DNA of 61,634 nucleotides, from contig SICD01000002.1 in assembly GCA_009694865.1 (NCBI GenBank), forward strand, positions 1-61,634, read 5' to 3'. This DNA comes from Candidatus Magasanikiibacteriota bacterium. Lineage in GTDB: Bacteria > Patescibacteriota > Patescibacteriia > Magasanikbacterales > GWA2-37-8. The translations under genes and the position numbers were made by a program. Of the stretch, positions 36,270 to 44,750 are shown one piece after another (the first letter of the stretch is position 1; each line of letters begins with the position of its first letter). The notes below the pieces were generated by a model. That model had not been told where the DNA came from. It was given only the letters and a program-made list of their open reading frames with translations, and did no database searches.

Positions 36270-36656
36270 TTAATGTCGTAACCAGTATAAAATAATCATC
36301 CCAACCAGGGGCGGAACAAAGACGACAGGGAAAAACAGTAACGCGCCAACAAGTTCTATCCAGCGATCGCGGGGGTTATTACTGCCCACCGCTTGCCAGC
36401 TGTACCAGGGATCAACCGAGGTCGGTGAAGGTTTAAGGGTAATACCATAGTGGCGGCCAATAATTTTGCGCAGCCCCCGATCGATGGTAAGCAGATAGAA
36501 AATAACCCACAGGAGTTCGAGAAGAATGGCGCCGATGATGATGGCGTAGATTGGTAAATGGATAAACCACGGGGACAGGAAATTTTTTATGGTGGTGAGA
36601 AAAAATAACAGGTTCATAATGGTAGATGGGTATTTTAGTTTATATTTTTTAGGCAA
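36270..36656 (-). CDS. Membrane protein, unknown function
   Basis: 128 aa with three TM segments. Overlaps the upstream ORF by 8 nt. Confidence 0.45.
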   Translation of the reverse strand: MPKKYKLKYPSTIMNLLFFLTTIKNFLSPWFIHLPIYAIIIGAILLELLWVIFYLLTIDRGLRKIIGRHYGITLKPSPTSVDPWYSWQAVGSNNPRDRWIELVGALLFFPVVFVPPLVGMIILYWLRH

Positions 36657-36975
36657 ATTTTTTAAGCAACAACACTGAAATTATCGCGAGACCCAGACCA
36701 AGCAGCTCCCACGCGTTTAATTTTTCTTTAAAATAAAAAACGCCGACTAACGTAAGCGCGGTGATAGTGGTAAGAGCGTAGATGACGCCGAGGCTCCCCA
36801 GTTTGGTGTGTTTAAACGCGTAGAACCAACCAACAGCAGTGGAAGCATACACCACAAAACCTATTATAAACCAGCGTACGTTAATATAGCCAGGCCCTTG
36901 GCCGGCATATTTAAGGATAGCGTCGCCAAGGACGCCGACCAGGCTCATGAGAATTATAACTAAGAACACTCCCAT
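36649..36975 (-). CDS. Small 4-TM DMT/SMR-superfamily-like membrane protein
   Basis: 108 aa, four helices, half-EamA-like pattern. Confidence 0.5.
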   Translation of the reverse strand: MGVFLVIILMSLVGVLGDAILKYAGQGPGYINVRWFIIGFVVYASTAVGWFYAFKHTKLGSLGVIYALTTITALTLVGVFYFKEKLNAWELLGLGLAIISVLLLKKFA

Positions 36976-36977
36976 AT

Positions 36978-37199
36978 TTATTCGGCGTTGGTTTGGTAGG
37001 CGGGCATCTCCTCGGAGATAATGCCATGATCGGGATACTTCTCTTTAATTGCGTCCACAATAATTTTATTGGCAATTAAATCAGCTTCGGTAACCACGTC
37101 CCCGAGATTTTCTTTGGTATATTTAACACCAATTTTTCCGAATTGTTCCAGCACCGCCGCTCCGGATTCAAGTGTAATTTTTTTAATAAATTCTTCCAT
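36978..37199 (-). pseudogene. N-terminal fragment of an inositol-monophosphatase-family gene
   Basis: The 73 aa end with DVVTEADLIANKIIVDAIKEKYPDHGIISEE. The ORF stops just before the expected WxxDPxDGT motif, whereas full-length relatives are about 260 aa. Confidence 0.55.
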
Positions 37200-37290
37200 A
37201 AAATTATGCTATTTTTGTGATCACTCTTACTGGCAAGGCTTCAGCTTCTAGTTTTAGAGATAGAGCGATGATTTCGAAGTGTTGACTAAA

Positions 37291-37869
37291 TTATTGTAAT
37301 GGTGCCCAGCTCCAGGGCACATTAAAGGCCTCGCAGTGGATGGTGATAGCGTTATAATCGGTCAGGGTTAGATTGGCCGGGAGTTCGTAGGTTTGTTGGC
37401 CGGTGATGCTTTTGAGTTTGCCCAAATTCAATCCGGCTTTAATATCGGCGCGCGAACTCGGCGCGGTATTTTTGGTAAGATAGATTTGCAGATCCGGTCC
37501 GTTTGGAGTTTTAAAATCATCGCCCAGTACTACGTAATTTTTTCCGTCTTTAATCATTAGGCTCGCGTTTCCATCGGTCATGTAGTTAAGACGCGTAAAC
37601 TTTCCTGCTCGGGCCACGGCGCCAGTAAAATTTTTATCGGCCGTGACCCTAGCGGTCGGGACATTTGAGGCGGACGGATTATTTTTCATTGAGTCAACCA
37701 TTTTTTGGGTTGCGACTTCAACCGGGTCTTCGGCCGGCCCGGCAGTTGGTGATGGTGTGGCGGGGGCGGTTGGGACAGCCGTTGACGACGGGGCGGTTGG
37801 GGCGCTGGCGCAACCAGCGCCCAGGAACAGGAGGGCGGCGAGACTGAAAAGAGCGGTGCGAGTTTTCAT
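37291..37869 (-). CDS. DM13-domain lipoprotein
   Basis: Lipobox LFLGAGC, a Pro/Ala/Thr linker, and a DM13-like pattern GNASLMIKDGKNYVVLGDDFKTPNGPDLQIYL. Confidence 0.7.
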   Translation of the reverse strand: MKTRTALFSLAALLFLGAGCASAPTAPSSTAVPTAPATPSPTAGPAEDPVEVATQKMVDSMKNNPSASNVPTARVTADKNFTGAVARAGKFTRLNYMTDGNASLMIKDGKNYVVLGDDFKTPNGPDLQIYLTKNTAPSSRADIKAGLNLGKLKSITGQQTYELPANLTLTDYNAITIHCEAFNVPWSWAPLQ

Positions 37870-37919
37870 AGAGAATACGTTAATCCCGATTTTGCTTCGC
37901 GCAAAATCGAGGAGAATAA

Positions 37920-40172
37920 TTATTTTAAAAATTTACTTTTCACTAATACATACCCTATCACTAGTGCCGCAATAATGATGACCGCGCCGATATACGTCCC
38001 AATTGATTGGAATTTTCGCTTCGCGGAGATTTTAAAATACCAATAGAGCTGGCCGAGGAGAGCGAGGGCGGTTATGGAAAGGAGGAGATAGCCGGCGGGA
38101 TTTTTAAGGAGATCGGGGTTAATGAACACAAAGTGAAAGATGGCGGAGAGATAAGCGATATATACTAAGCGATGCAAGTTTTTCCATCTCCGGGCGCCCA
38201 GTTTTTCTACTGCCCAATCGGTAGAGGTTAACGCCATTGCCAAAAAAATTGGCAGGGCAATGGAGCCAAAGATAATGGGGTTTTTGATGGGGTTAAAAGA
38301 ATAGTAGGCAAACTGAATTTGCCAGTTAAATAAGTAGTGCGATACGCTTAATACGTGTACCACGACTAGGACCAGGCCAGACACCCCAAGATAGCGCCTA
38401 ATACGCCAGTACTGCGCCAAGCGCGGCCACCATTTAAAAATAGCGCTCGTGAACAGGGCCGCGCCAATGAGTGTCGCGCCGCTTAAAGCCGCGCTGCGCA
38501 GAAGCGCGCCACCAAATTCTTTGGGAATTAAATAATAGTATTGGTATAAAAATTCCAGGGCCCAGAGCACAGTTGGAATTGGCAGAAATATTAGCAGTTG
38601 TTTCCAGTGCCTCGACCGCTGGGTAGAAGAGGAGTTTGGCGCGGGCGCGTCAGTAAGAGCGACTTCAATTTCAATATTGTTACCAACAATGCGGAGCGGA
38701 TATTTGGTTTGGGGGCGAGTAGCCGGCGGACCAACTACGGCACCACTGGTTACGTCAAAGCGCGCGCCATGCAAGGGGCACTGAATAATTTTGCCTTCAA
38801 ATTCTCCATCGCAGAGCGAACCGCCGGCGTGCGAGCAGGTATTATTAATAGCGTGGAACTCGGCGCCGACTTTAAAAATGGCAATTTTTTGTCCTCGCAC
38901 CAGGCGGCAGAGCGGACGGCTGGTAGAGATATCGCTGGTTTTGGCAAGAGCGATCCATTGTTTTACACTCGGCGCTCGGCGCGCGCTTCGGTCCACGACT
39001 GCAATTGTGGTACCAGTGCGAGAGAGTCCCAGCAGTGGCGCGGCTTCGTTGGCCATGTTGTTAATTAGGTCGGCAATTACGCGGGCCGCGAGCGTGCTAA
39101 AAATTAAGCCGTTCCCGCCAAAGCCAGTGGCGACAAATACTTTGTTGTTAGTATGGGGATGAGAGAAGACATAAGGTAGGCCATCTTCGGTATGAAATAA
39201 ACTGCCCGACCACTGGTGTGTAATTTCATGCTTTCCCGCGAGACGCTCCTTAAGAAAACTGTCTAATTTTGGAAATGGCTGATGAGCGCCAGCTTCTTTA
39301 AAATCAACATCAGCGCCGCCGAGAATTATGGTATTCGCATCAATGCGGCGATAGTAAAAATAGGGGTCATAGGTGTCCCAGAACAAGTCATTACTTAATG
39401 GCGGGTTATCGTAACGGGCGGCGGCCACATAGGATACTTTGGGGTGTATTAGCTGTTGGAGTTCGGAAAAATAATCGAGCGGCCGGCCGGTGGCAATGAC
39501 GATTTGTTTGGCTTGGATTGTGCCGGAGGTGGTTATAACGCTTACAAGCCCTTGGCTCAGGTCAAGATCGGTTACCTCGGATTCTTCAAATATTTTTATT
39601 TTATTTTTATCAAGCCGTTCGAGCAGGGCTAGCAGTAATTTGCGGATATTGGTCTTGCCTTCGCCGGAGAATTTAATGGCTTGCGTGTAGGGGGCGGCCA
39701 AGCCAGTGGGACGAGTTACCAGCGAGGCCAGGGGGTCAGCCGCTTGAATTGCTTCCCAGGTAGCAATAAGTTCGGGATTATTCTCGGCGTAGCTGGAATA
39801 ATACGAATCACAGGGAGTAAAATCACAGGCGATGTTTTCTGATTTGATAAGGGTAAATAATTGTTCTTGGGTGGCGCGCGTGGCGGTAAGCAGTTGTTTT
39901 AAGAAATCCGTTCCGTATTTCTCCTTTATCATCGGGAGCGAGGTGTCTGGTACCCGGGTTAAGAAGCCGGTAGTGGCGGCGCTGTCGCCGGTCGCGATGT
40001 GGTTTTTTTCGAGGAGCACCACAGATTTACCCGCCCGCACCAAATTCCAGGCGGTCATGACCCCGGCAATTCCGCCGCCAATAACGCATACGTCAGTTTC
40101 AACACTACCCATGAGCGCGGGGTAACGCTTTTCGTCTGGTACGCTGTCCATCCAGGGGGAAGTTGGTTTCAT
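37920..40172 (-). CDS. Three-module redox protein: FAD-dependent oxidoreductase (DAO) + Rieske [2Fe-2S] + C-terminal ferric-reductase-like 6-TM domain
   Basis: VIGGGIAGVMTAW dinucleotide fold; Rieske CSHAGGSLCDG...CPLHGARF; a C-terminal roughly 230-aa TM region with His pairs (HVLSVSH; HRLVYIAYLSAIFH at 13-residue spacing). Confidence 0.75.
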   Translation of the reverse strand: MKPTSPWMDSVPDEKRYPALMGSVETDVCVIGGGIAGVMTAWNLVRAGKSVVLLEKNHIATGDSAATTGFLTRVPDTSLPMIKEKYGTDFLKQLLTATRATQEQLFTLIKSENIACDFTPCDSYYSSYAENNPELIATWEAIQAADPLASLVTRPTGLAAPYTQAIKFSGEGKTNIRKLLLALLERLDKNKIKIFEESEVTDLDLSQGLVSVITTSGTIQAKQIVIATGRPLDYFSELQQLIHPKVSYVAAARYDNPPLSNDLFWDTYDPYFYYRRIDANTIILGGADVDFKEAGAHQPFPKLDSFLKERLAGKHEITHQWSGSLFHTEDGLPYVFSHPHTNNKVFVATGFGGNGLIFSTLAARVIADLINNMANEAAPLLGLSRTGTTIAVVDRSARRAPSVKQWIALAKTSDISTSRPLCRLVRGQKIAIFKVGAEFHAINNTCSHAGGSLCDGEFEGKIIQCPLHGARFDVTSGAVVGPPATRPQTKYPLRIVGNNIEIEVALTDAPAPNSSSTQRSRHWKQLLIFLPIPTVLWALEFLYQYYYLIPKEFGGALLRSAALSGATLIGAALFTSAIFKWWPRLAQYWRIRRYLGVSGLVLVVVHVLSVSHYLFNWQIQFAYYSFNPIKNPIIFGSIALPIFLAMALTSTDWAVEKLGARRWKNLHRLVYIAYLSAIFHFVFINPDLLKNPAGYLLLSITALALLGQLYWYFKISAKRKFQSIGTYIGAVIIIAALVIGYVLVKSKFLK

Positions 40173-40250
40173 AATTTTTTAAGTGCGGCGGCCACGGCTT
40201 TTTTGGTGATTTTTTTGATGAATTCTTCCATACTATACTATTCTATCTAA

Positions 40251-40625
40251 TTATCTAACAATTTCGTGTTTAAAAAATTTTTCAACAAAATTTACCGCAT
40301 TTTCAATTTCTTCGTCGGATAAATATTTTCCTTCCGGCACAATGATTAGTTTGTCATCGTCGTCTTCTAAGCGGTGAATGATTGCGACACATATTCCGCC
40401 CGCTTCTTTTAGCGGCTCCTGCGGACCAATAAAGTAGGCGTCGAGCGCGTCTCCATCGGAGGCAGTAGTGCCTGGAATAAATCCATAGTTATATTGATAC
40501 ATGATATTTTTATACACGGTGCCGTAGGGTTGGTCGATTATAATTTTTACCTTTTTTCCAAGATATTCTAGGCACATTTCTAGACTGATTGATTTATTGT
40601 TTTTGAGGGGCGTCAGTCCATCCAT
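40251..40625 (-). CDS. Short family-I inorganic-pyrophosphatase-like protein
   Basis: YNYGFIPGTTASDGDALDAYFIG...RLEDDDDKLIIVP resembles the PPase active-site region. Only 124 aa. Confidence 0.55.
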   Translation of the reverse strand: MDGLTPLKNNKSISLEMCLEYLGKKVKIIIDQPYGTVYKNIMYQYNYGFIPGTTASDGDALDAYFIGPQEPLKEAGGICVAIIHRLEDDDDKLIIVPEGKYLSDEEIENAVNFVEKFFKHEIVR

Positions 40626-40744
40626 ACTGCTTGCTTATGTAGTTAAATTTTGTTATTGTTAGTCAATAGAATTGCTCGTATCATAGCAGAAATTGATTAG
40701 AATTACCAGATGTTCACATTATTACAGTGTTGGCTCTCAATCAA

Positions 40745-40799
40745 GGGGATTGCCACGCCTGCCTGCCGGTAGGCAGGTCGCTACGCTCCTCGCAATGAC
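40745..40799. repeat. Family A arm upstream of and overlapping the glycosyltransferase start
   Basis: The reverse complement reads GTCATTGCGAGGAGCGTAGCGACCTGCCTACCGGCAGGCAGGCGTGGCAATCCCC. Confidence 0.6.
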
Positions 40800-42114
40800 A
40801 CTTGTGCAGCCAAAAATTCTCATCCTCCACGACTATTTTTTGTATAAAGGCGGCGGGGAGCGGCTGGTGATTAGCCTTGCCAAAAATTTGGGAGCAGATG
40901 TAGCCACGGCGTTTATTGCCAAGGACGCGTTTGACCCGCGTGAGCACGGAATAAAGACGATTGAACTGTATAAAGAAAAACCCTGGTCGCGAGTGCCGGG
41001 GTTTAGGTATTTGCAGGTGCAGTTGTCGTTTTTGTTTAAGACGAAATTTGTACGGAATTATGATGTAGTGATTTATAGTGGGGATTGTTTGGTGGCGGTG
41101 ATAAGGGCGTTGGGGTGGCGTGGATTGTGGCGAACCAGCGAGACCTCTCCCCAACCCTCCCCCCTGCGGTGGGGAGGGGGGCCAATCACACCTCCTCCAC
41201 CGCAGGGGAGGAGGCAGGAGGAGGATTCACATCATCTACGCAACATCGCCTATATGCATTCACCGCCCAGGCATTTGTATGATTTGTACAAGGAACGACT
41301 GGCGGCCTATCCTTGGTGGAAGAAAATTATTTTTGTGCCGTTTGTTTGGTTTAACCGCTGGCGATTTGAGTGGTTGTGTCGGAAATTGGATACAATTGTA
41401 ACTAATTCGGAGAATACGCGTAAAAGAATACAGCAGTATTTGGGTTTAGACTCAGTGGTGGTGTATCCACCGTGCGATACGTTGGTGTTGAAGAATGGGA
41501 GCGAGACCTCTCCCCAACCCTCCCCCCTGCGGTGGGGAGGGGGGCCAATCACACCTCCTCCACCGCAGGGGAGGAGGCAGGAGGAGGACTCGTCACCGGT
41601 CCACCCTTATTTTTTCTCCTGGGCACGATTGTATGATGTTAAGCGCGTGCCAATGATTGTGGAGGCCTTTATTAAAATGCCGGATAAACAGTTGATAGTG
41701 GCATCGGGTGGCCCGGATTTAGAAAAAATCCAAAAAATGGCGGCAGGACATTCGAATATAAAAATTTTAGGTTGGATTAATGACGAGCAGTTGATTGAGT
41801 ATTTAGGGAAATGTTTGGCAACGATTTATATCCCGATGCAGGAAGATTTTGGTATGACGGCGGTGGAGAGTATGCAAGCGGGGAAGCCGGTGATTGGGGT
41901 GGCGGAGGGCGGGCTCCTTGAAATTATTGAAGATAATAAAAATGGATTGATGTTAGAATCAAATTTTACGGTGGATGATTTGTGCGCGGCGGTGCAGTCA
42001 CTTACGCCGGATCGAGCCAGTGTAATGGAGAGTGTGTGCGAAGAAACCGCAAAGAAATTTTCCGAAAAAAGTTTTATTGAGGGGATGAAGAAAGTGATTG
42101 AAGGTGTTTGTTGA
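40795..42114 (+). CDS. GT4-family glycosyltransferase carrying two identical internal Family B repeats
   Basis: Start trimmed to MTLVQPKILILHDYF. C-terminal GT1/GT4 pattern EDFGMTAVESMQAGKPVIG. Inserts lie at 41137-41225 and 41500-41588. Confidence 0.85.
   Translation: MTLVQPKILILHDYFLYKGGGERLVISLAKNLGADVATAFIAKDAFDPREHGIKTIELYKEKPWSRVPGFRYLQVQLSFLFKTKFVRNYDVVIYSGDCLVAVIRALGWRGLWRTSETSPQPSPLRWGGGPITPPPPQGRRQEEDSHHLRNIAYMHSPPRHLYDLYKERLAAYPWWKKIIFVPFVWFNRWRFEWLCRKLDTIVTNSENTRKRIQQYLGLDSVVVYPPCDTLVLKNGSETSPQPSPLRWGGGPITPPPPQGRRQEEDSSPVHPYFFSWARLYDVKRVPMIVEAFIKMPDKQLIVASGGPDLEKIQKMAAGHSNIKILGWINDEQLIEYLGKCLATIYIPMQEDFGMTAVESMQAGKPVIGVAEGGLLEIIEDNKNGLMLESNFTVDDLCAAVQSLTPDRASVMESVCEETAKKFSEKSFIEGMKKVIEGVC
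41137..41225. repeat. Family B element, copy 1 inside the glycosyltransferase CDS
   Basis: 89/89 nt identical to 41500-41588. Hairpins are CCCTCCCC-CCTGCGGT-GGGGAGGG and CCTCCTCC-ACCGCAGG-GGAGGAGG. Confidence 0.85.
41500..41588. repeat. Family B element, copy 2 inside the glycosyltransferase CDS
   Basis: Identical to copy 1, offset by 363 nt (same reading frame). Both encode SETSPQPSPLRWGGGPITPPPPQGRRQEEDS. Confidence 0.85.
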
Positions 42115-42251
42115 TACTTTTTGGTAGCAAAAAGTATCCAAAAAACCATTGGGGCGCCATAACTCCCGCCAAAGGCGGGCAGGCGCCTCTATCTCGGTGG
42201 CTCCTTGCCCCGTCGAATGACGGGGGAACAAGGCCGCCCCCAAACCCCCAG
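42113..42251 (+). repeat. Family C structured repeat, copy 1
   Basis: GATACTTTTTGGTAGCAAAAAGTATC hairpin + CAAAAAACCATTGGGGCGCC...variable...AACAAGGCCGCCCCCAAACCCCCAG. Overlaps the glycosyltransferase stop codon. Confidence 0.7.
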
Positions 42252-42273
42252 ATGTGCGCGAATTAAATTTATT

Positions 42274-43614
42274 ATGACAATGCGAAAGCTTGTTTCTGTA
42301 TTATTTATCATTCTAATGATTGGGTTATTTGGAACTCATTTTTTTGTTGTTCCAGCGCGGGCAGATGACACGGGGGCGACGCAGCAGCAATTGGAACAGC
42401 AGCTCCAAGATATTGAAAAGCAGATTTTGGTTTTAGAAAAACAGCTGGCAACTACCGCGAGCCAAAAGAAAACGCTGGCGAGTCAGATTAAAAAATTGCA
42501 GACCAAGCAAGACCAGTTGCGGCTTCAGATTAAGGCGACTAATTTAAAACTCAATAAAATTGCTAAAAATATTGCTGTTACCGAAGTGGCAGTTGCGTCA
42601 ACACGCGCGACGATTCAGGATCAACAGCGCCAAGTGGCGGTGTTTCTACGGCTAATGAACCAGCAGGATGAAACGCCATGGTTAGTGCTCATAACCGAAG
42701 CGGGGGGTCTTAATAAAATTTTTACTGAAATTCAAAATTATATTATTATCTCGTCGGAGCTCGGGCGTTTAACCAAAGCTGCCAAGACAAGCCAAGTTAA
42801 ATTGGAGGGACAAGTCGCGAGTTTAACTGACGCGAAGAACGATACAACGGAACTATTGCAAATAAAAATCGTGCAACAGGCGGCGCTGGGTGGTCAGCTC
42901 ACGGAGCAGAGTGATTTGCTGGTTGAAACCAAAGGCAAAGAGAGCAATTTTCAATCCCTGCTCACAGATAGCAGGAAAGCCGCTGCCGAAATTCGCGGAC
43001 GCATTTATGAGCTATTTGGCACCACCAAGAATATTGATTTTGGCCAGGCCGTGGCAATTGCGGAATTTGTGGCGGCAAAAACTGGTATTAGACCGGCGTT
43101 TCTTTTGGCGATTCTTACACAGGAGTCGAATCTTGGTAAAAATGTAGGTACATGTAACCGAATTGGAGATCCGCCTGAGAAAAGTTGGAAAGTTGTTATG
43201 AAACCGGAGCGCGACCAGGAACCGTTTTTAAAAATTACCCAGGATTTAGGTTTGGACACGGATACGACTCCAGTCTCATGTCCGCTAAAAGATAAAAAAG
43301 GGAAGCAATTTGGGTGGGGCGGGGCGATGGGGCCGGCTCAGTTTATTCCGTCTACGTGGATGGGGTACACGGCGAAAGTGAGCGCGCTCACGGGGAAGAC
43401 GCCAGCCAACCCGTGGGATATTCGTGACGCGTTTGCGGCGTCAGCGATAAAGTTAACTCATGATGGAGCGGACGGTACCAGCGAGGGGGAGTGGAAGGCG
43501 GCGATGAAGTATTTTTCTGGCTCAACCAATACGCGGTATCGGTTTTATGGCGATAATGTCCTCACAATTGCGGAGGGGTATGAAAAAGATATACAAGCAT
43601 TGAAGAATCAGTGA
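42274..43614 (+). CDS. Secreted coiled-coil protein with C-terminal lytic-transglycosylase-like domain
   Basis: Start trimmed out of the repeat to MTMRKLVSVLF (signal/TM). Long Gln/Leu coiled coil, and a C-terminus AILTQESNLGKNVGTC...GAMGPAQFIPSTW. Confidence 0.7.
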   Translation: MTMRKLVSVLFIILMIGLFGTHFFVVPARADDTGATQQQLEQQLQDIEKQILVLEKQLATTASQKKTLASQIKKLQTKQDQLRLQIKATNLKLNKIAKNIAVTEVAVASTRATIQDQQRQVAVFLRLMNQQDETPWLVLITEAGGLNKIFTEIQNYIIISSELGRLTKAAKTSQVKLEGQVASLTDAKNDTTELLQIKIVQQAALGGQLTEQSDLLVETKGKESNFQSLLTDSRKAAAEIRGRIYELFGTTKNIDFGQAVAIAEFVAAKTGIRPAFLLAILTQESNLGKNVGTCNRIGDPPEKSWKVVMKPERDQEPFLKITQDLGLDTDTTPVSCPLKDKKGKQFGWGGAMGPAQFIPSTWMGYTAKVSALTGKTPANPWDIRDAFAASAIKLTHDGADGTSEGEWKAAMKYFSGSTNTRYRFYGDNVLTIAEGYEKDIQALKNQ

Positions 43615-43625
43615 CGATAGTGGCT

Positions 43626-43745
43626 GATACTTTTTTGATGGCAAAAAAGTATCCAAAAAACCATTGGGGGCGGCTAACTCGCTTCAGGAATATCTTTTCA
43701 CCGCGTGTTGAGTTAGCTCAAACAAGGCCGCCCCCAAACCCCCAG
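43626..43745 (+). repeat. Family C structured repeat, copy 2
   Basis: GATACTTTTTTGATGGCAAAAAAGTATC + CAAAAAACCATTGGGGGCGGCTAACTC...GAGTTAGCTCAAACAAGGCCGCCCCCAAACCCCCAG. Confidence 0.7.
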
Positions 43746-43784
43746 GGTGGCGTGGACAAAGTTTTTAGAAAGTGACAGTGATTA

Positions 43785-44345
43785 TTATTGCTTTTTGAGA
43801 AGTACGGACAACTTTTGTTTTATTTTGGCAAGTTTTGGATTAATCACCGCCGCGCAGTAAGCCTGGTCGGGGTTGCGGGCGAAATAATTGTGGTGGTATT
43901 CTTCGGCTTCGTAGAATTTGGTGAGTGGCTCCACAGTAGTGACGGCGTTAACGCCGTCTTTTTGTAACTCCGCAATATATTTTTCCGCGGCGATTTTTTG
44001 TTCATCGTTTGAGCATAAAATGGTGGAGCGATATTGCGTGCCCATGTCATTGCCTTGGCGGTTGAGGGTGGTGGGGTCGTGGCTGCCAAAAAAGACGGTT
44101 AAAATTTCTTCCAATGAAATAATGGCGGGGTCAAATTCTACGCGCACTACTTCGGCATGGCCGGTGGCGCTACCGCAGACGGATTCGTAGGTTGGGTTTG
44201 GTATTGTGCCACCGGCATAACCGGGCACAACGGAAATGACGCCGCGGATCTTTTTTCCGCCCGAGGCGGATCCACCTAGGGTGGAAAAAACGGCTTCGGT
44301 GCACCAGAAGCAGCCGGAGCCGAGGACGATAGATTGGGTGGGCAT
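43785..44345 (-). CDS. msrA: Peptide methionine (S)-sulfoxide reductase
   Basis: [10 protein letters not shown] active-site motif, [28 protein letters not shown]. Confidence 0.92.
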   Translation of the reverse strand: MPTQSIVLGSGCFWCTEAVFSTLGGSASGGKKIRGVISVVPGYAGGTIPNPTYESVCGSATGHAEVVRVEFDPAIISLEEILTVFFGSHDPTTLNRQGNDMGTQYRSTILCSNDEQKIAAEKYIAELQKDGVNAVTTVEPLTKFYEAEEYHHNYFARNPDQAYCAAVINPKLAKIKQKLSVLLKKQ

Positions 44346-44357
44346 GGGGATTATTTG

Positions 44358-44750
44358 TTATTGATGTCGGGGGTGGGCATCTGGGTACAGGAGTGGCTCC
44401 TCTTTTTCTCCAATTGTGTCTACCCCCGGGTAAGTATCGTTTTCTCCAAGTAAATCATCACGCCGTGCACGCATCGCGCTGGTGCGCTCATTTTCTTGTG
44501 CTCGTTTATTTAATTCACGCAGCTCCTCCCGTTCAGCCAGTTCAGTCCGTAGTTGTTGTATAGCCACTTTAAAATAAGCATTGTTTCGTTTTTCAACATA
44601 ATTTGGTTCGCCGCGTTTACCATAAAATTTTTCCAGCGCTTTTCCGACGGAAAATTGTAACGTGTAACCACTGTCAACCCACGTTAAGGCTTCAGCAACT
44701 ATTTTGTTGATTATGACGGTTTCTAAGCCGTTGCGTTTTGGTAGTGTCAT
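44358..44750 (-). CDS. Hypothetical protein
   Basis: 130-aa ORF overlapping the upstream gene by 4 nt. No motif recognised. Confidence 0.5.
   Translation of the reverse strand: MTLPKRNGLETVIINKIVAEALTWVDSGYTLQFSVGKALEKFYGKRGEPNYVEKRNNAYFKVAIQQLRTELAEREELRELNKRAQENERTSAMRARRDDLLGENDTYPGVDTIGEKEEPLLYPDAHPRHQ

Noticed and set aside
40693-40794. N-terminal extensions of track ORFs through repeat elements: 40693, 42205, 45625, 54239, 58669, 61485, 8127 and 9383.
   Set aside because: The extensions translate repeat DNA or overlap the preceding gene. Internal ATG codons with a better context (signal peptide, RBS or conserved N-terminus) were preferred.
41137-41588. Inteins as an explanation for the in-frame inserts.
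   Set aside because: The inserts are only 28-35 aa, lack intein block motifs and terminal Cys/Ser...His-Asn residues, and are recognisable as a nucleotide-level palindromic repeat family.
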